In this document: in pieces, positions 41,305 through 55,845 of the stretch
Numbering within the stretch: the first letter of the stretch is position 1
Layout of the letters: every line of letters begins with the position of its first letter
Origin: the human T2T-CHM13v2.0 reference genome, Homo sapiens
NCBI RefSeq assembly: GCF_009914755.1
Contig: NC_060932.1
Length of the DNA stretch: 64,000 nt
Direction: 5' to 3' (one strand)
Position numbers and translations under genes: made by a program
Notes under the pieces: model-generated
Seen by the model: the letters and a program-made list of their open reading frames with translations, nothing else
Databases searched by the model: none
Told to the model about the DNA's origin: nothing

Positions 41305-42120
41305 TTTTTCAAAATAAATTTTATTTTTTGAGTAGTTTTTAATATACAGAAAATTTGCAAATGTGGCACACAGAGTTCTCAAACACCCCATATGAAGTTT
41401 CTTTTATTATTAACATCTTACACTAGTATGGTATATTTTCTAAAATTAATAAACCAATATCAATGCCATTTTTTTTACTACAGTTCCTACTTAATTTAAG
41501 TTTTCTTAGTTTTTATCTGCTGTTCTTTTTTCTGCTTCAAGATCCCACCCAGGACACCACAGGACATTTTGTCCTCATGTCTCCTCAGCCTCCTCTTAGT
41601 TATGATCATTTCCCAGACTTCTTTTATTTTCGGTGACCTTGAGAGTTTTGAGGCATAATTGTCAGATATTCTATGGGATGTCCCTATATTGGGGTTTCTT
41701 TGATGTTTCAAGTATGACTAGATTGAGTTTATGTGATTTGAGGTGGAAGACCACAGAGGTAAATTGCCATTTCATTGCATCCTGTCAACACAACGTATCA
41801 CCGTTGATGTGGACTTCAGTCACTTGGCTGGGGTAATGTTTGTCCGGTTTCTCCTCTGTAAAGTTACTTTCCCTTGCACTCCACCCACCTCCATACTGTG
41901 CTCTTTGGAAAATAGTCACTATGAGGATTTAGGCTTCATCTCTTGAGGGTTTATTATCTACAAAAAATATTTGCAATTTCTCTTCATAAGAGATTTGCCT
42001 CCTCTCCACCATTTGATGTTCAAATCTAATCATTCATTGTATCAGTATGAACTCATGGATGTTTATTTTGTAATTTCAGTCATAATGCAATACTCCTTTA
42101 TTTTGTTGCTCAATATGTTT
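41305..42120 (-). mobile_element. L1MC/MD-type 3' UTR
   Basis: GATCCCACCCAGGACACCAC, GAAGACCACAGAGGTAAATTGCCAT, ATCAGTATGAACTCATGGATGTTTATTTT. Confidence 0.7.
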
Positions 42121-43412
42121 CTTTAAAAAGTATTTAAATCCACCCTGTTCAAAAAGAAGTTGGGAGTGAAAGAACGTTTCAGAAAGGTGAGGTGATTTGC
42201 CAAAGGACACACACCCAGGGATTACATCCAAATTATGGTACTCAAAGGCTGTATTCCTTGCTTACAAAAAGGGATCCTTCGATCTAGTGGAGAAACTGGC
42301 CAATTAAAGAAAGAATTGCAAAGTGGGTGCTTGCAGTATAAAGATGAAATGTATGTTCTAGTAACTATTGGTAAATACTAAGCACTAAGTACAAGTGCTA
42401 ATATTTTAGGATAATGTTAATGGCTTCACATCTCTGAAACTGCTATTGTTCTTCCTGAAACAGAACAAAGAGGAACAGAATACTTGTTCAGGCTAGGAGA
42501 ATGGATTTAGGATACAAGGTATGAGTGTGGAAGGATCTTTTTGTCTGAAGGCTTGAGAAAACATCCTGTATTTCCAAATGACTTCTCTTTTGTCCAATTT
42601 GCAGAATTTTAATCCTTGCCCTTCTGGCCCTATAATCCATGCATTTAAAATTTCACTGTGAGCCCCACATTAATATAAAACTTATTTGGATGAAAATATT
42701 TCTGTACTTCTAGTACTTTCAGATTACATTGCATTTCCTCTTCTTTTAAAATGAGTCTTTCTTGGAAAAGCAAACTTTTATATCACAATGTATTGTATTT
42801 GCATTTTATTTCCATTTTAATTTTGGTTCAATAAATATATTTTAGTACCCACTTAAGTTTAAATGATTAGTTTTTGTTATCCCATTAATTTGAGTAATGC
42901 ATTTATTTTTTTAAAAGCTTTTAAATATTAAAGCAGGAAAATTTAATCTCATTATAGTTCAAAAGCAAATAAAGTGGTTACAATATGAATGTAGAATTAA
43001 GGAATTTTATCTCACTATATTATCACTGAAGTATTTGTTGTATAATAATTTTAAAAAATATGTTTAAATGTCCCCTTCCAAATTATTTCAGCAGTTACTA
43101 TATCCTTATGTTGTGTACCTCTTGATTCTGGTGTGATAGGATCCAAGTACCAAGTCTTTGAAAGGTCCCAATTCTAACACCCATTTCACAACTCTCACTG
43201 AGAAAAGGGCAGCTCCTAGGAGAGTTAAACAGTATATCAGGTTTGACTTTGACTTTATAGAGCTCTGTAGGCTGTAGGGTGTGAGTCTAGAATTCTATTT
43301 CAGGGATTAATGGAATTTGCTACATCCTTCATTCTACAGATCAGTAGATGCTGTGCTAAGAAGAAATATTTGGAAAAAAAGATATTTGCATAATTTCATA
43401 ACATACATTCTT

Positions 43413-43996
43413 TCTTTCTTTCTTTCTTTTTTAAGATGGAAATCATCATTCTCAGTAAACTATCGCAAGGACAAAAAAACCAAACACTGCATGTTCTCAC
43501 TCATAGGTGGGAATTGAACAATGAGAACACATGGACACAGGAAGGGGAACATCACCCTCTGGGGACTGTTGTGGGGTGGGGGGAGGGGGGAGGGATAGCA
43601 TTAGGAGATATACCTAATGCTAAATGACGAGTTAATGGGTGCAGCACACTAGCATGGCACATGTATACATGTGTAACTAACCTGCACATTGTGCACATGT
43701 ACCCTAAAACAAAGTATAATAATAAAAAAAATCCATGTAACGTCTACTTCACCTTTAGTTAATAAATGAATTCATCACCTGCAAGAAAAAAAAAAAAAAA
43801 AGATGGAGTTTCCCTCTGTTGCCCAGGCTGGAGTGCAGTGGCGCAATCTCGGCTCACTGAAACCTTCATCTCCCGGGCTCAAGCGATTCTCTTGCCTCAG
43901 CCTCCTGAGTAGCTGGGACTACATGCGCCCACCACAATGCCTGGCTAATTTTTTTGTATTTTTAGTAGAGACCAGGTTTCACCAGTTGGGCAGGCT
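43413..43996 (-). mobile_element. 5'-truncated AluS, antisense, split by a young L1
   Basis: (TTTC)n tail 43409-43432, body 43801-43996; TSD ATA(C/T)ATTCTT at 43403-43412 and 43997-44006. Confidence 0.85.
43437..43801 (+). mobile_element. Young L1 3' end (L1PA3/PA2-type) with 54 bp 3' transduction and second poly(A)
   Basis: L1 3' UTR to 43731, unique 43732-43785 with AATAAA at 43761, A-tail 43786-43801; TSD AAGATGGA at 43433-43440 and 43800-43807. Confidence 0.92.
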
Positions 43997-44464
43997 ATAT
44001 ATTCTTACTTCTTTAATCTGAGTACTAACTACTGATTTTTTAATGTATTTGGTATTGTTTTCCATTAAAATATTAAGCGCCATGTAATTTTCTCCTGTGG
44101 TGTGATGAGTATTCTGAATAGGTATCTAATAATCATAGATTTAGTACCCTACTTAAGATACCTGGTCATTTATTTCATCTTTAGTCTTTGGATTTACATT
44201 GTTCAAAACAGTGTTGGAAGTCTGGTAGGTTAACTTCAATACTTGAATACACAAACTCACAGACTGTTAGAATCTATGGCTACAGGATTGCCCTCCTTGC
44301 AATGTGGAACTTTTGGGAGCAGCATCCCAGCAGGCCTTGTATCCTCTGCTAAAGCTTACAGGATACAAATGCTTTATTTTTAAAGGTAGTGTGGTCCATC
44401 GTAGGGCAGCTCCAAATAATTAGAAAGCTGAGGTCTGCATTCATTTAACCTTTCGTCATGGGTC

Positions 44465-44885
44465 TTATGTTAAGCAGCAGTTGCCCCAGTAATGCTGCCT
44501 TATAAACAAAATGACTTACAATAAGCTTGAAACAAGCCTTTGTTTTCACATTCACCAGCCAGCAGATGACCCGTGTTCAGCTGATCTATGCAGGACTCAG
44601 TCTTCCTGCAGATTCGCTGGGTTCATGCACTTTGCCTGCCAGGGCCCAGGCTAAAGGGGCAGCAGTTGTGAGTGTCCTTTTCCCTGTGTGGATGACTAGA
44701 GCATGACAGGCAAGCCTCAGCACACAGGCACTGAAGGCCTCTGCCTGTGTCAGTTAACTCAAGGTCTACCTGTCAAAGCACATGGCCAATCACATGGCCA
44801 AGCAGGAAAGGAGCAGGCCCGGACCCTTTGTGCACAGTGGGACCAAGAACAAGGGGATATTTGCTGGACAATAATTCACAATATC
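44465..44885. mobile_element. MLT1-family LTR remnant
   Basis: GGGCCCAGGCTAAAGGGGCAGCAG, AAAGCACATGGCCAA, TATTTGCTGGACAATAATTC. Confidence 0.55.
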
Positions 44886-45959
44886 CTTCTCCTTAAACGT
44901 CATCGCTGTATGAAAGCAGGTCATTATAAGCATCTTCTTTTTGCAAATAAAGTAACTGACAATCAGAAAGATTAAATACCTTGCTCTCTAGGTTTTACTA
45001 ACTAGGAAAACCAGGAAGCAAACTTGGATCTAAGTGACTCAAAAGCCCCTATTTTTTGCCAATGACCTCTCTAGTCCAGCATCTCTATCTATCATCTATG
45101 TATCTATATCATCTATCTATTATGTATTTATAAATGTAGGAAGTACTTTCCTAAAGGTTTATCTTTTCCAGCTGTACCGTTTTTGAGTTACTGTCAGCAT
45201 TCTTTTTCTGTTGTTGTTCATGTAAATCTGACTCCTGGCTACTTTTGTCAAAATTATTTCATACTCTTAAGCATATAAAAGTCCGTTACTATAACTGGAT
45301 AAAATATTGTAAATAACTTTGTAGACATAATAGTTCAATATACATTCTCTCTAATTTAGGCTACAATGAGACCGTGAATAAAATCTTGAAAACTCTGGGA
45401 GATACGTGTATGGTGGTGGGATATATACACATACCAAGGATTTCAATCCTCCCTAAATTTTACCTGGGCTTTTGAACATTTTAAATATTTGAAAGGCACT
45501 GGTTTTAACATGGCTTGCAGTAGCTTTTATATTATAGAATCAAAAAGGAAGTGATTTCAGAATATTCTTTTCTTTACTCCAGAAATAAAAAGCTGATTTT
45601 TTTTTCTGTTCTTTGGAAAAGCAGGGAAGTGTATTAATATTGAATTAAGTCTCACAATATTTTTTTGTAGTCAAAGTGGGCCGTCTGATGTAATCTGAAT
45701 CTGGTTAATTTTATGAAAATCAACCATTACACGATATTCTTGTTCCTTTTACCTAGACAAAATCTAAATCATGAAAAGATGAATGTTGTATCTCCATGAA
45801 ATAATTAATAGGACATGTAACTTCTAGTTGGATTCAAATTCCACTTCAATTACATTGCATGTTCTTTCTTCTTAAAATTAATGTCCCCAAATATTCATAT
45901 TTTCAATGATTATATTAGCATATTCAACATATACGTTTAACACATTCACAACAAATTTA

Positions 45960-46303
<344 letters not shown>

Positions 46304-46829
46304 GAGTAATTTCTGTCCTCAATCCGTTTACAACTTTTTCTCAGTGATAAGATAAACATGACCAATGTTTAACCATTTTATGTTTCAAGGCCATAAAGAG
46401 CTGTCCTGGTGAATACATTCTTTTTGTTGTCACCACTATCTTTATGAGGGTCCAAAGCAACCAGAGGGCTTTTACCCCATTTCCACTGATACACACGTAC
46501 ACAGTATAAATGGCATCTTCCAGGAAGGATACTTCTTCTTAAACTTAAATGTATTCTAATATCACAAAGATGTTGTCTATGTAGATGAACATATTTGTGT
46601 TTCCCAACAAGGAGTGACAATTGGTAACAAGTTGTACATTGCTAGAAGACTTTTTAATCTCCTTGAGAGTTGCCTGAGGAGTGACTTTGTGTAATTGTAA
46701 TGACCAGTTTCTAACTTTTCTGGAGATCAAATCACAGGAGCTTAACATTTTATAGGAAAATGCTCAAAGATACTTAAACATCATCCAAAAAATATGTTTT
46801 GACTCTATTAAGGCTCTGTGTTGATATTA

Positions 46830-47165
<336 letters not shown>

Positions 47166-48851
47166 TTAATTATTCTCTCCCTTTTAATCTCATAAAACCT
47201 CTGTAAATTAAACTCCACAGAGACTGATATTTTAATTATTTTAAAAATCTAACATTAACTCAATTCATGTTCTAAGCTGGGCCTCCAAAAACTGTTTTAT
47301 GTATATCATCTTATTATTCATTAATTATCATGGGTTATTTTACTGTGGTGAGGAAGTTGAACCTTAAAATTGTTTCGATTTTCTCTACCAGACATGAAGA
47401 TTGTAGATCTATTGTTGTGAGGAACACAATGTCTTCCCCAAATCTGCTGATTTTTCTCTCATGACCCTTGTTTGGTGCATTTTTTACTATGTAATTTAAG
47501 ATATTTCTTCAATTTGAATGTTGTAGTCACTGAACAATTACTATCCTCTTCTTAAATCATCTACTGAATAGTTTAGTTTGAAAATTATGTTCCTGGACTT
47601 TTGAATGTTGTACTCGAATCTTCTTAAGTACTCTTGTTATTTTCTTTGGTGCAAAATATCCTCTGTCTCCTCTAGAGGCTGTATTTTGGTACAGTGTTCT
47701 TGGCTCATTCATGATTGATGCCTAAAGCTCAGTTTCGGCAAAATTAGTGAGAAGGATGCAGTGTCTCTGCTCCTCGGGCTGGAAGGCTGTCAGTCTTTTG
47801 CTGAGGCACTGGAAAGAAGCGGTTCTCCCCTGAGCTGCCTTACCTACAAATTCCTAAGAGCCCCTGGGCTCACGGCATGGAGAGGCCCAGTCCACCTTTT
47901 GGTCTTTCCTGCTACTTCTTCCCTGATCTTTGCCACCCTTCTCTTTAAGTGCTGCAGAGCTTCTGAGATCACGCCTTCCACAGGAGAGGTGCACCGATCC
48001 TCACCCACTGGATTTCAATTCTGGACCCAAAGCTCCCTCAGGTTAAGTAGGAAAGTTCTTTCCTTGTTCTCACACTACACACCTTTAGTGTTTGAAGTCA
48101 TATTCGTTCTGTCCAGGCCTGATGGTTCTAAAAGTTGCTCTTCTTAGGAAAGGCACTGGTCATTGGTTTGTGGTTGGTGAAGAGACCAGTGGGGATGTTG
48201 TCTAACAAATACTTACCAATGAATCATTTGAAATGGCACCACACATTTACATGAACACAAGAATCGATGTCATCATGTGAAAAATGGTGCTAGCAAACTA
48301 TTCTATTTTATTTTAAAAAAATAATTTACAGCTTAATTGAAAATCAAGATGAATACTGAATCCTTAGGTGTTGGACTACATGTATCTCAGTCCTTATGTT
48401 TTATCTATAATTCACTGATCTTCTTGAGACCACTCTCTTTTTTTTCTTATAGACATGAAGCTCACTTCCTGGTATTATAGTTGCTATTTTGAATTGCATA
48501 AATCCATGTGAAATTATTTGGAGTGAACTTTATTAATTCCTGGCCTTCATGTAGCTCATTGTAAGAAACAGCATTACTTCATAGATGGACTCAGTAATGT
48601 CTACGATTTTTATATTTTTCCGTTAAATATGGAATATTTAGATCTTTCTTGTGATAAAAGAGACATCTAAATTCCATGTGCTCATAGGTAGGTTGTTTGC
48701 CTAAGATTGCCATACTTCCAGAAGCACAAGGGAATACCTGTTAACCCACGTTTGGCTTCATTGAGCTATCCTTCTCTAGTTATGTTTTTGTGGTCAATTG
48801 TTAGTGGTTGAAATTCTTAAGTATATTTCAGTTACTATTAAAGTATTCCTT

Positions 48852-49143
48852 GGCCAGGCGCAGTGGCCCAGGCCTACGATCCCAGCACTTTGGGAGGATT
48901 GCTTGAGCCTGGGAGTTCGAGACCAGCCTGGGCAACATGGTGAAACCTCATCTCTAATAAAGATACAAAAATTAGCCAGGTGTAGTGGTGCACACCTATA
49001 ATCCCAGCTACTTGGGATGCTGAAGCAGGAGAATTGTTTGAACCTGTGAGGCAGAGGTTTCAGTGAGCTGAGATCATGCCACCACACTCCAGTCTGAGAT
49101 ACAGAGTGAGATGCTGCCTCAAAAATCAATCAATAAAAAAAAA
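48852..49143 (+). mobile_element. AluJ/S with left-arm deletion
   Basis: GGCCAGGCGCAGTGG...TTTGGGAGGATTGCTTGAGCC (middle of left arm missing), intact right arm. Confidence 0.88.
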
Positions 49144-49576
49144 TAATTATTTAAAAACGCATTCCTTAAAGGAAAGTTCAAAGGACAACTTATGTCATTA
49201 TATCTTTACAGACTCTTCTCTGAGTAAATTTTAAATGTTGCTTGCTTAATTTCTATTAAAATGAATGTTAAACATGTTATCATCTCAAAGTCCCATGGCA
49301 CATGATAAATGCAATGAAATTGTATTAATATAATTTATTTCCCAGTTAATTACAATTGGAATGATTTTGAAAAACTGCTCAACATTTTATATGCTATTCC
49401 TCTAGTAGTTCTTATTTGTACTAATATTTATGCTATTTTTAAAATTTTTAAATGGAATTGGAAATCCAGGGGAGATTTTTTTGCCAATTAAGTAAAATAC
49501 ACCTTATTAATATGCCAGTATTTTGTCATACTAATGTAACTAATTTTCATACCATTATACTATACTAATTACTGTG

Positions 49577-49680
49577 CTAATTCATCTTTTTATTAGGCTA
49601 TGGCAAATACTTAAAGTTGAAGGCAGAGATATTTCATCTGTGAAAAGGGAAATAATCAGTGGACTAAGAAATAAAAGTAA
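49577..49680 (+). repeat. 104 bp dispersed duplicate of 50181-50284
   Basis: Shared CTAATTCATC, AAATACTTAAAG, ATCTGTGAAAAGGGAAATAATCAGTGGACT, AAATAAAAGTAA. Confidence 0.92.
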
Positions 49681-50491
49681 TATGTTGTGTATTTTGCTTA
49701 AGAAAAAGGGTATGTTTGATCATGTATAAAACGTCTAGGCAGCTGGCTTTGATTTGGCATGCAAAAAGGCTGTGGACTCCTACCTTCACATCTGCTAAAT
49801 GTGGCTATACCAAATGCTCCCCAGCTCTCCTCTACTTCTCACAGCTCTGAGACATGTGAAGTTCTCCTGAAATTCCAGAAAATATTGTCACTATTGTGAT
49901 GCTGTGCAATTCTTTACTTGCAAAGAGCTCACTTTATTTTTTAAAAATAATTTTTAAATGTTATAAATCTGCTGTCCGAACAATACCTAAAACGTCTTTT
50001 GTTCATTGGTTATTCATAAAACCCTTACAATCTTAGGGTTGGCAGAGAATTTTGAATTAATCTATTCTAACACTTGCATTTGGGGGGATAGTAAAATTGA
50101 GACTAAGAAAGATTATATCTTTACTCTGACTTTATGCAGATAGTGGTCAAAGTAAAGCTAGAAATTAGGTTTGCTGACATCTAATTCATCATACTCTTAT
50201 GCTACGGAAAATACTTAAAGGTGAAGACAGCAATATTTTATCTGTGAAAAGGGAAATAATCAGTGGACTGAAAAATAAAAGTAAAAATAATCAGTGTTAT
50301 TAAGACAATGCCTAGTGGCATTTGGTTACAATATCTAAATAAATCCTCACAAATCTTGAGAGACAAATGAAATTAGTCCATTTTACTGCTGAAACCACTG
50401 AGACACAGAGAATGTAGACACTGAGACGCTGGCCCCATCAGATAACCAGGAAATGGCAGTGCTGTTAATGGGAAACCTGATTCCTTAGAAG

Positions 50492-50866
50492 TATCGCAAG
50501 AACAAAAAACCAAACACCGCATATTCTCACTCATAGGTGGGAATTGAACAATGAGATCACATGGACACATGAAGGGGAATATCACACTCTGGGGACTGTG
50601 GTGGGGTGGGGGGAGCGGGGAGGGATAGCATTGGGAGATATACCTAAGGCTAGATGACGAGTTAGTGGGTGCAGCGCACCAGCATGGCACATGTATACAT
50701 ATGTAACTAACCTGCACAATGTGCACATGTACCCTAAAACTTAAAGTATAATAATAAAAAAAAAGCTTAACAACCTTAAAAGAATTAAAAATTATATGAT
50801 GTATAGTCTCTGACCATCAAGGACTTAAACTAGAAATCGACAACAGAAGGAAATCTGGAAAATTCA

Positions 50867-50897
<31 letters not shown>
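50492..50897 (+). mobile_element. Young L1 3' end (L1PA2-type) with 103 bp 3' transduction and pure A30 tail
   Basis: L1 3' UTR to 50764 (GAG diagnostic), cargo 50765-50867, A-tail 50868-50897; TSD AGAAGTATC at 50487-50495 and 50897-50905. Confidence 0.93.
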
Positions 50898-50899
<2 letters not shown>

Positions 50900-51139
50900 A
50901 GTATCCATTGAACTCCTTGAGGCAATTTCTGAGTGAAGGGAGTAGTAAGGGTAGGTACTGGGAAATATATCACCCAGAACTACTCTTTTGTTTGTTGTTA
51001 TGAGCATAGTTGGAACTGGATTGATCTCAAGAAGATTTTGGAGCCTGGGGAAAGCTTTCTGCAAGAAATGTTATTTTAGATCTAAATGTTTTTATCATCA
51101 ACAGACTGTTCTTATAGTGCTTTTATTGTTTACTGCTTT

Positions 51140-52230
51140 TACTGTTTGTCTTCATTCACATAACTTCCATGTGCTATATACTGTATCATGCCATGAAAAA
51201 TAAAACAATAAAGCAAGCCCCTGTCCTCAGAGAGCATCTGAGGAAAGACAGTAGACAGATTATGAGAAGTGTTGTAAAGACTTTTTTGTGCTGTTGTGTT
51301 AAACAACGCAAAATCCTGATGAGAATATGGGGAGAGAAGACCTCCCTCTAAGGGTGAGAACCGAAGAGAGGCATAAACCATGGTGAGAGGCATAAAACCA
51401 TGGTGAGAGGCATTCCACAGAAGAGAAACAACTCACAAACGAGCATGGAAATGGGAAAGATCTTGGCCTGTCTGACAAATTAGAGGCTGCTGTGGCTGGA
51501 GCTCAGGAATGAAGAAGATGCTAGCATAGAATAGGTTAGAGAAATAGGCAGTAGGCTGAGGGTTTAAGGAGGTACGTGGTAATCCACCCATTATTGCTAC
51601 TGTTATTGTTGTTCTTATCAACAGCCACCAAAAAGTATCTGACTTGGGATGAGGCAGTGATAGGATTGTGCAGAGGCTGATGCCACACCAGTGGACTAGG
51701 CCACACATGACAGTAATGTAGATGTACAGATAGATGCTGGCAGATTTGGAATGTGTTACCAGAGTTAAATATATAGGACTTTTTAATAGCTTTGACTTAA
51801 TAGGCAATCATAAGAAGAAACCAAGGTGGACCTTCTAGATGTTTGACTTGGCTAACTAGTTGAGTAGGATACAAATTACTGAAATGGAAATAACTTGAGA
51901 TAGAACAAGTATTGACTGGTGGCATAGGCAGAAATCAATTGTTCAGTATCATGTACGTTCATGTAGATAAATTTGTTGCCTTCCATGCAGAGATGCAAAT
52001 CAATAGGTAGATACATGAGTATAGGGCTCTGAGGAGTCTGAAATTGACATATAAATTTAGAAATTATTAGCTTATAGGTGAGATTAATATTTATAAGAAT
52101 TAATGAGATCATCAAGAGTGACAAGAAGATTAAAGTCCAGGAATGACTTTGAAGAACTCCAACATTTAGAAGAACAAAGTAAGGAGAAACCAGCAGAATA
52201 GACTGTGACAGACAGGGCTCTAACAGGAAA
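51140..52230 (-). mobile_element. L2 remnant
   Basis: CCCCTGTCCTCAGAG, AGAGGCATTCCACAGAAGAGAAAC, ATAAATTTAGAAATTATTAGCTTATAGGTG, GAAGAACTCCAACATTTAGA. Confidence 0.6.
51367..51412. repeat. ~20 bp tandem repeat (GAGAGGCATAAACCATGGT) x2.4
   Basis: Visible directly. Confidence 0.9.
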
Positions 52231-55200
52231 CAATGAAGTCAAAGCCCCTCCTCCTCTTGTCCATAGATAGAGTAGACCAACTCACAGAACTTCAGTCTTC
52301 TCTCCAGGGATCCAGCCAGTCTGAGAGGACCCTTGGGGGGAAACAGAGGATAAATTTCCTGTCCTCATTGTCCTCTGTCCTTCCTTGGTTCTCTGTTGAT
52401 GCTGCCCATTGGCCATATTTCCCTGGGAACTAGAGATTACAAGTGCCCTTACCATACAGGTCAGGGTCCCAGGTGCTAAAGAGGGTAGACAAGCTGGGGA
52501 GTCATCTGAAGATGCCCACAGAAGGTGCCTGGCACAGAGAGTAAAATATTTTAATTTAAGATTATGAAGATTATATGCTCTTTTCTTAATTTTGATGATA
52601 TGTAAATGCAAAGGAAATGTAGAAGATATCTATTTGTTATCTCATCAGGGTATGTTCAGAATTAAGTTACCTGAGACACTGGAAATTTGCTGGAAAAGTT
52701 CATAACCCTATTCAGGCATTGGTATTGTTATTGCTGATGTCGGGTCGCCCATTGAGTAAAGGAAGACACATCCTGTCAGAAAAATAAAACCAGTTTTGTG
52801 CAGATTCCGTTTGCTTATTGGAAAATCCTGTCTGTGAAAAAGGTACTATTTCAGCTCTGCAGAGGCAACTTGAAATTATTTTATGTAGTAATTGCATAAC
52901 TACAACTTGCTGCTTTTTCCTTCATGCACTTCTATTATATTCATAGCAAAAATGTTCTAGATTGAAAACCAAAAGATGGAAATTCCTTTATTTCTTTAGT
53001 GAAAAAAGTTAAGGATTGAGATCATTTAATAATATTTTCTGTTACAATCAAATTGTAGAAGACAAGATTAGCACCGTTATGAGAATGATTTGTATAAAAA
53101 GATTTGTAGTCACTTAGCATCTATTTTAATTCCATCTTTATCTTTCTGATAATTGTAAACTAACTGGGTAATTTTTAAAGGAAATACTACCAGAGAGAGA
53201 ATCACATATGGTTAGAAAGTAAAACTTAAATGAATGTTATTGTCTTAAAGTGTAGTAATTAAATTAGTAGGCCACATTCAGAGAGATGTCAAGTAGCTAA
53301 ATGGTTCAAGCACTTGATTAGTAACTATGTATCAAACATAAAAGTCACCAACAGCTCTCCTTTATAAAAATTATGTTAGGCTGTAAGATCTAATAAGTAC
53401 TGCAAGTGAAAGTGAATTTGTAAATGCTGCTATTTAGAGGAGAAAGGTGATTTGTTTATAAGTCTTATTCTGTGGCAATTTTTCACCAAGAAATACGTAC
53501 TCAAAAGCAATACTTGAAAGAACCAGAAACTGTATTTTCTCTGCAGTTTCTTTCAGTCTTTAATTTTTTATTCTAATACAATTTGTATTTCTAAATTGTC
53601 ATGCTAAATTGAAATTTTACATGACAGAAGCCCTTAGTTAAATCTTCCCCTCTCATAAAATACTGAGCCAGAGACTGATGACAAAGCTTATTTTCATTAT
53701 TATAAGTCCAGAGTTTTTCTTTTCCAATGTTAATGTTTCCTATTTCTTTTTTAAAGCATATCGACTTACTTATTGTTCTGCAATATTACTGTAAGTAATA
53801 TGTCTTATTGTATTACTCCAAAGAAGAAACTTTGTATTCTAGAAATATTGTAGAAAACTACAACAATTTTTAATTATTTGAGATCAATATATGCTAAATG
53901 TTTATTTTCCAGTATTCCAGTAAGCAGAATGTTTAACTGGCATCTATTTAATTGGTCTGTTATCAATGACTCAAAAAATGTGATCAAATCTGAAGTGTTT
54001 CCATGAACATCCAAAGAAAGATTATGCTTGGCACAATTTTAATATTAGGTATCTTTAGTGTTATGTTTATAAAAGGTTCATAATTTATACATGTTATAAG
54101 TGAGAACACTCTTAGTCAGAATATTTGGCACACTTCATTTCCTTTCAAGACCAAAGACCAAAGACTTTGTGTAATCTATTTCAATATACATTCAGTTATC
54201 TCCTAAATCTGTTGTGTGTACTGACTGGACAATTCACTCTTTGTTTTTTGCTAGCTAAAATAATTTTAAACCTAAAATGATCTCATTAGATTGCATTCAT
54301 GCGGTAAAGTGATGTTGTCTTCCAATAGAGTTCCAGTCCCTGCTGGCTCGATGGCAGGCTGTCTTCATAAGGAGCTCAGCACGCACATTGCCCTGGCACC
54401 TCAGGTGAGGCAGAGCCTTGCACTATGGCAGGGTCCAGTGAATGCTTCAAGCCTCTTTAGCCCATTCACATGCACAGGCAAGAAGTAAAGCTCTTACAGT
54501 TACAAATCCACTGGGAGTACCTTTTCATCACTTACTTGTCTTTAATGGGAAATGAATTAACATGATTGGCTCTTACCAGGAACTTAGTAGTATTCTTTTG
54601 ATTTTAATGGACTTGCTGCTTACAAATGTTGTTAACTCACCAGAAAGGGAGGAGTTCCCAATATTCGCATTGGCAGTACTCTCCTCAGTAAAAGACAAAG
54701 GCTAAATCTTTGTCCAACATTACTAGAGATGCTGCCAAACCACTGTGGTGGTCCACGCTGCAAAACTGCATTGTCACACATGAAAAGGGCTCTGTATTCC
54801 CTTGCTGTGTCATCATGGAGATTAATATCATTTATAAGCTTTTCTCAGGCTTGTCGATTTATGGGCAGTAAGCTCTGAGAAGCCCTTGACATTGACTTCT
54901 GAGCCCTTGGCAAAATAATTCTAGGACCCAAGTATGTCATCTCATTTTCTATGCCATGTTTCTTCTGCTTTCTTTTCATTGCCATATATTGTTTTCTCTG
55001 CCAGAATACGTTTCTCTCCAGCTAGACAGATTTGCTGATCAAAGAAGTCTCCTGAAGTGTTACATACATCAATTGCTATTTATTTAACAGGTTTCACCGA
55101 TACTAAGATCATAGGGATTTAAAATTCTGATCTGGGTTACTTTCATTTTGCAGAAAGATGTTTAACTTATTTTTGCAAATATAGTAATTTTAGGTTCTGC

Positions 55201-55845
55201 AAAGACATAATTTAAGCATTTGAGCAAAACACATTGTACAACTTGTTTGAGAACCTTACAAAGCCAATATAGTACAACTGAGGCAAAACCTAAAACAAAC
55301 AACCCAAACAGTGTCCTTTGACTGAAGTATCCAAATTGACAAAATCTAATCTTTTCAGATAACTGGCAATCTTCAACTTTATTTTGCTATTTTATACAGT
55401 GGTTCTAGCATATCTCCTCAGTGTGTGTTAAAACTAATGTGGGTGGTAAGTAAGTTTGGTTCAGCTGTGAAATTGGATGGGTCATGTACAGCCAGGCAGT
55501 TCATAGCGTAGGGTAGCTCTGACCAGACACAGGTTTGTCTCCAGATCCACATTTAAAAATTGTACTTTTGTTGATTAGTGTTTCCCAATTTCATTTATTT
55601 TACTGAGGGTTGCAAAATAGCAGTTTTCTAACTGGATTATATTCTCTGCATGTATTTGTTTTCATTTCTCTTTTTTTTTAATTTTATTTTGCTAAACAGC
55701 TATATGAAAGGATCAGACAGACATATCCTGGACCCACTGATCATCCTTCATATAAATAAAAGTAGGAAAACAAAGAAAAAAAATGGGACTTTAAGAACCA
55801 TGGTAAATAATATATTAACTTAGATAAGCATGGGTAATTCAGTCT

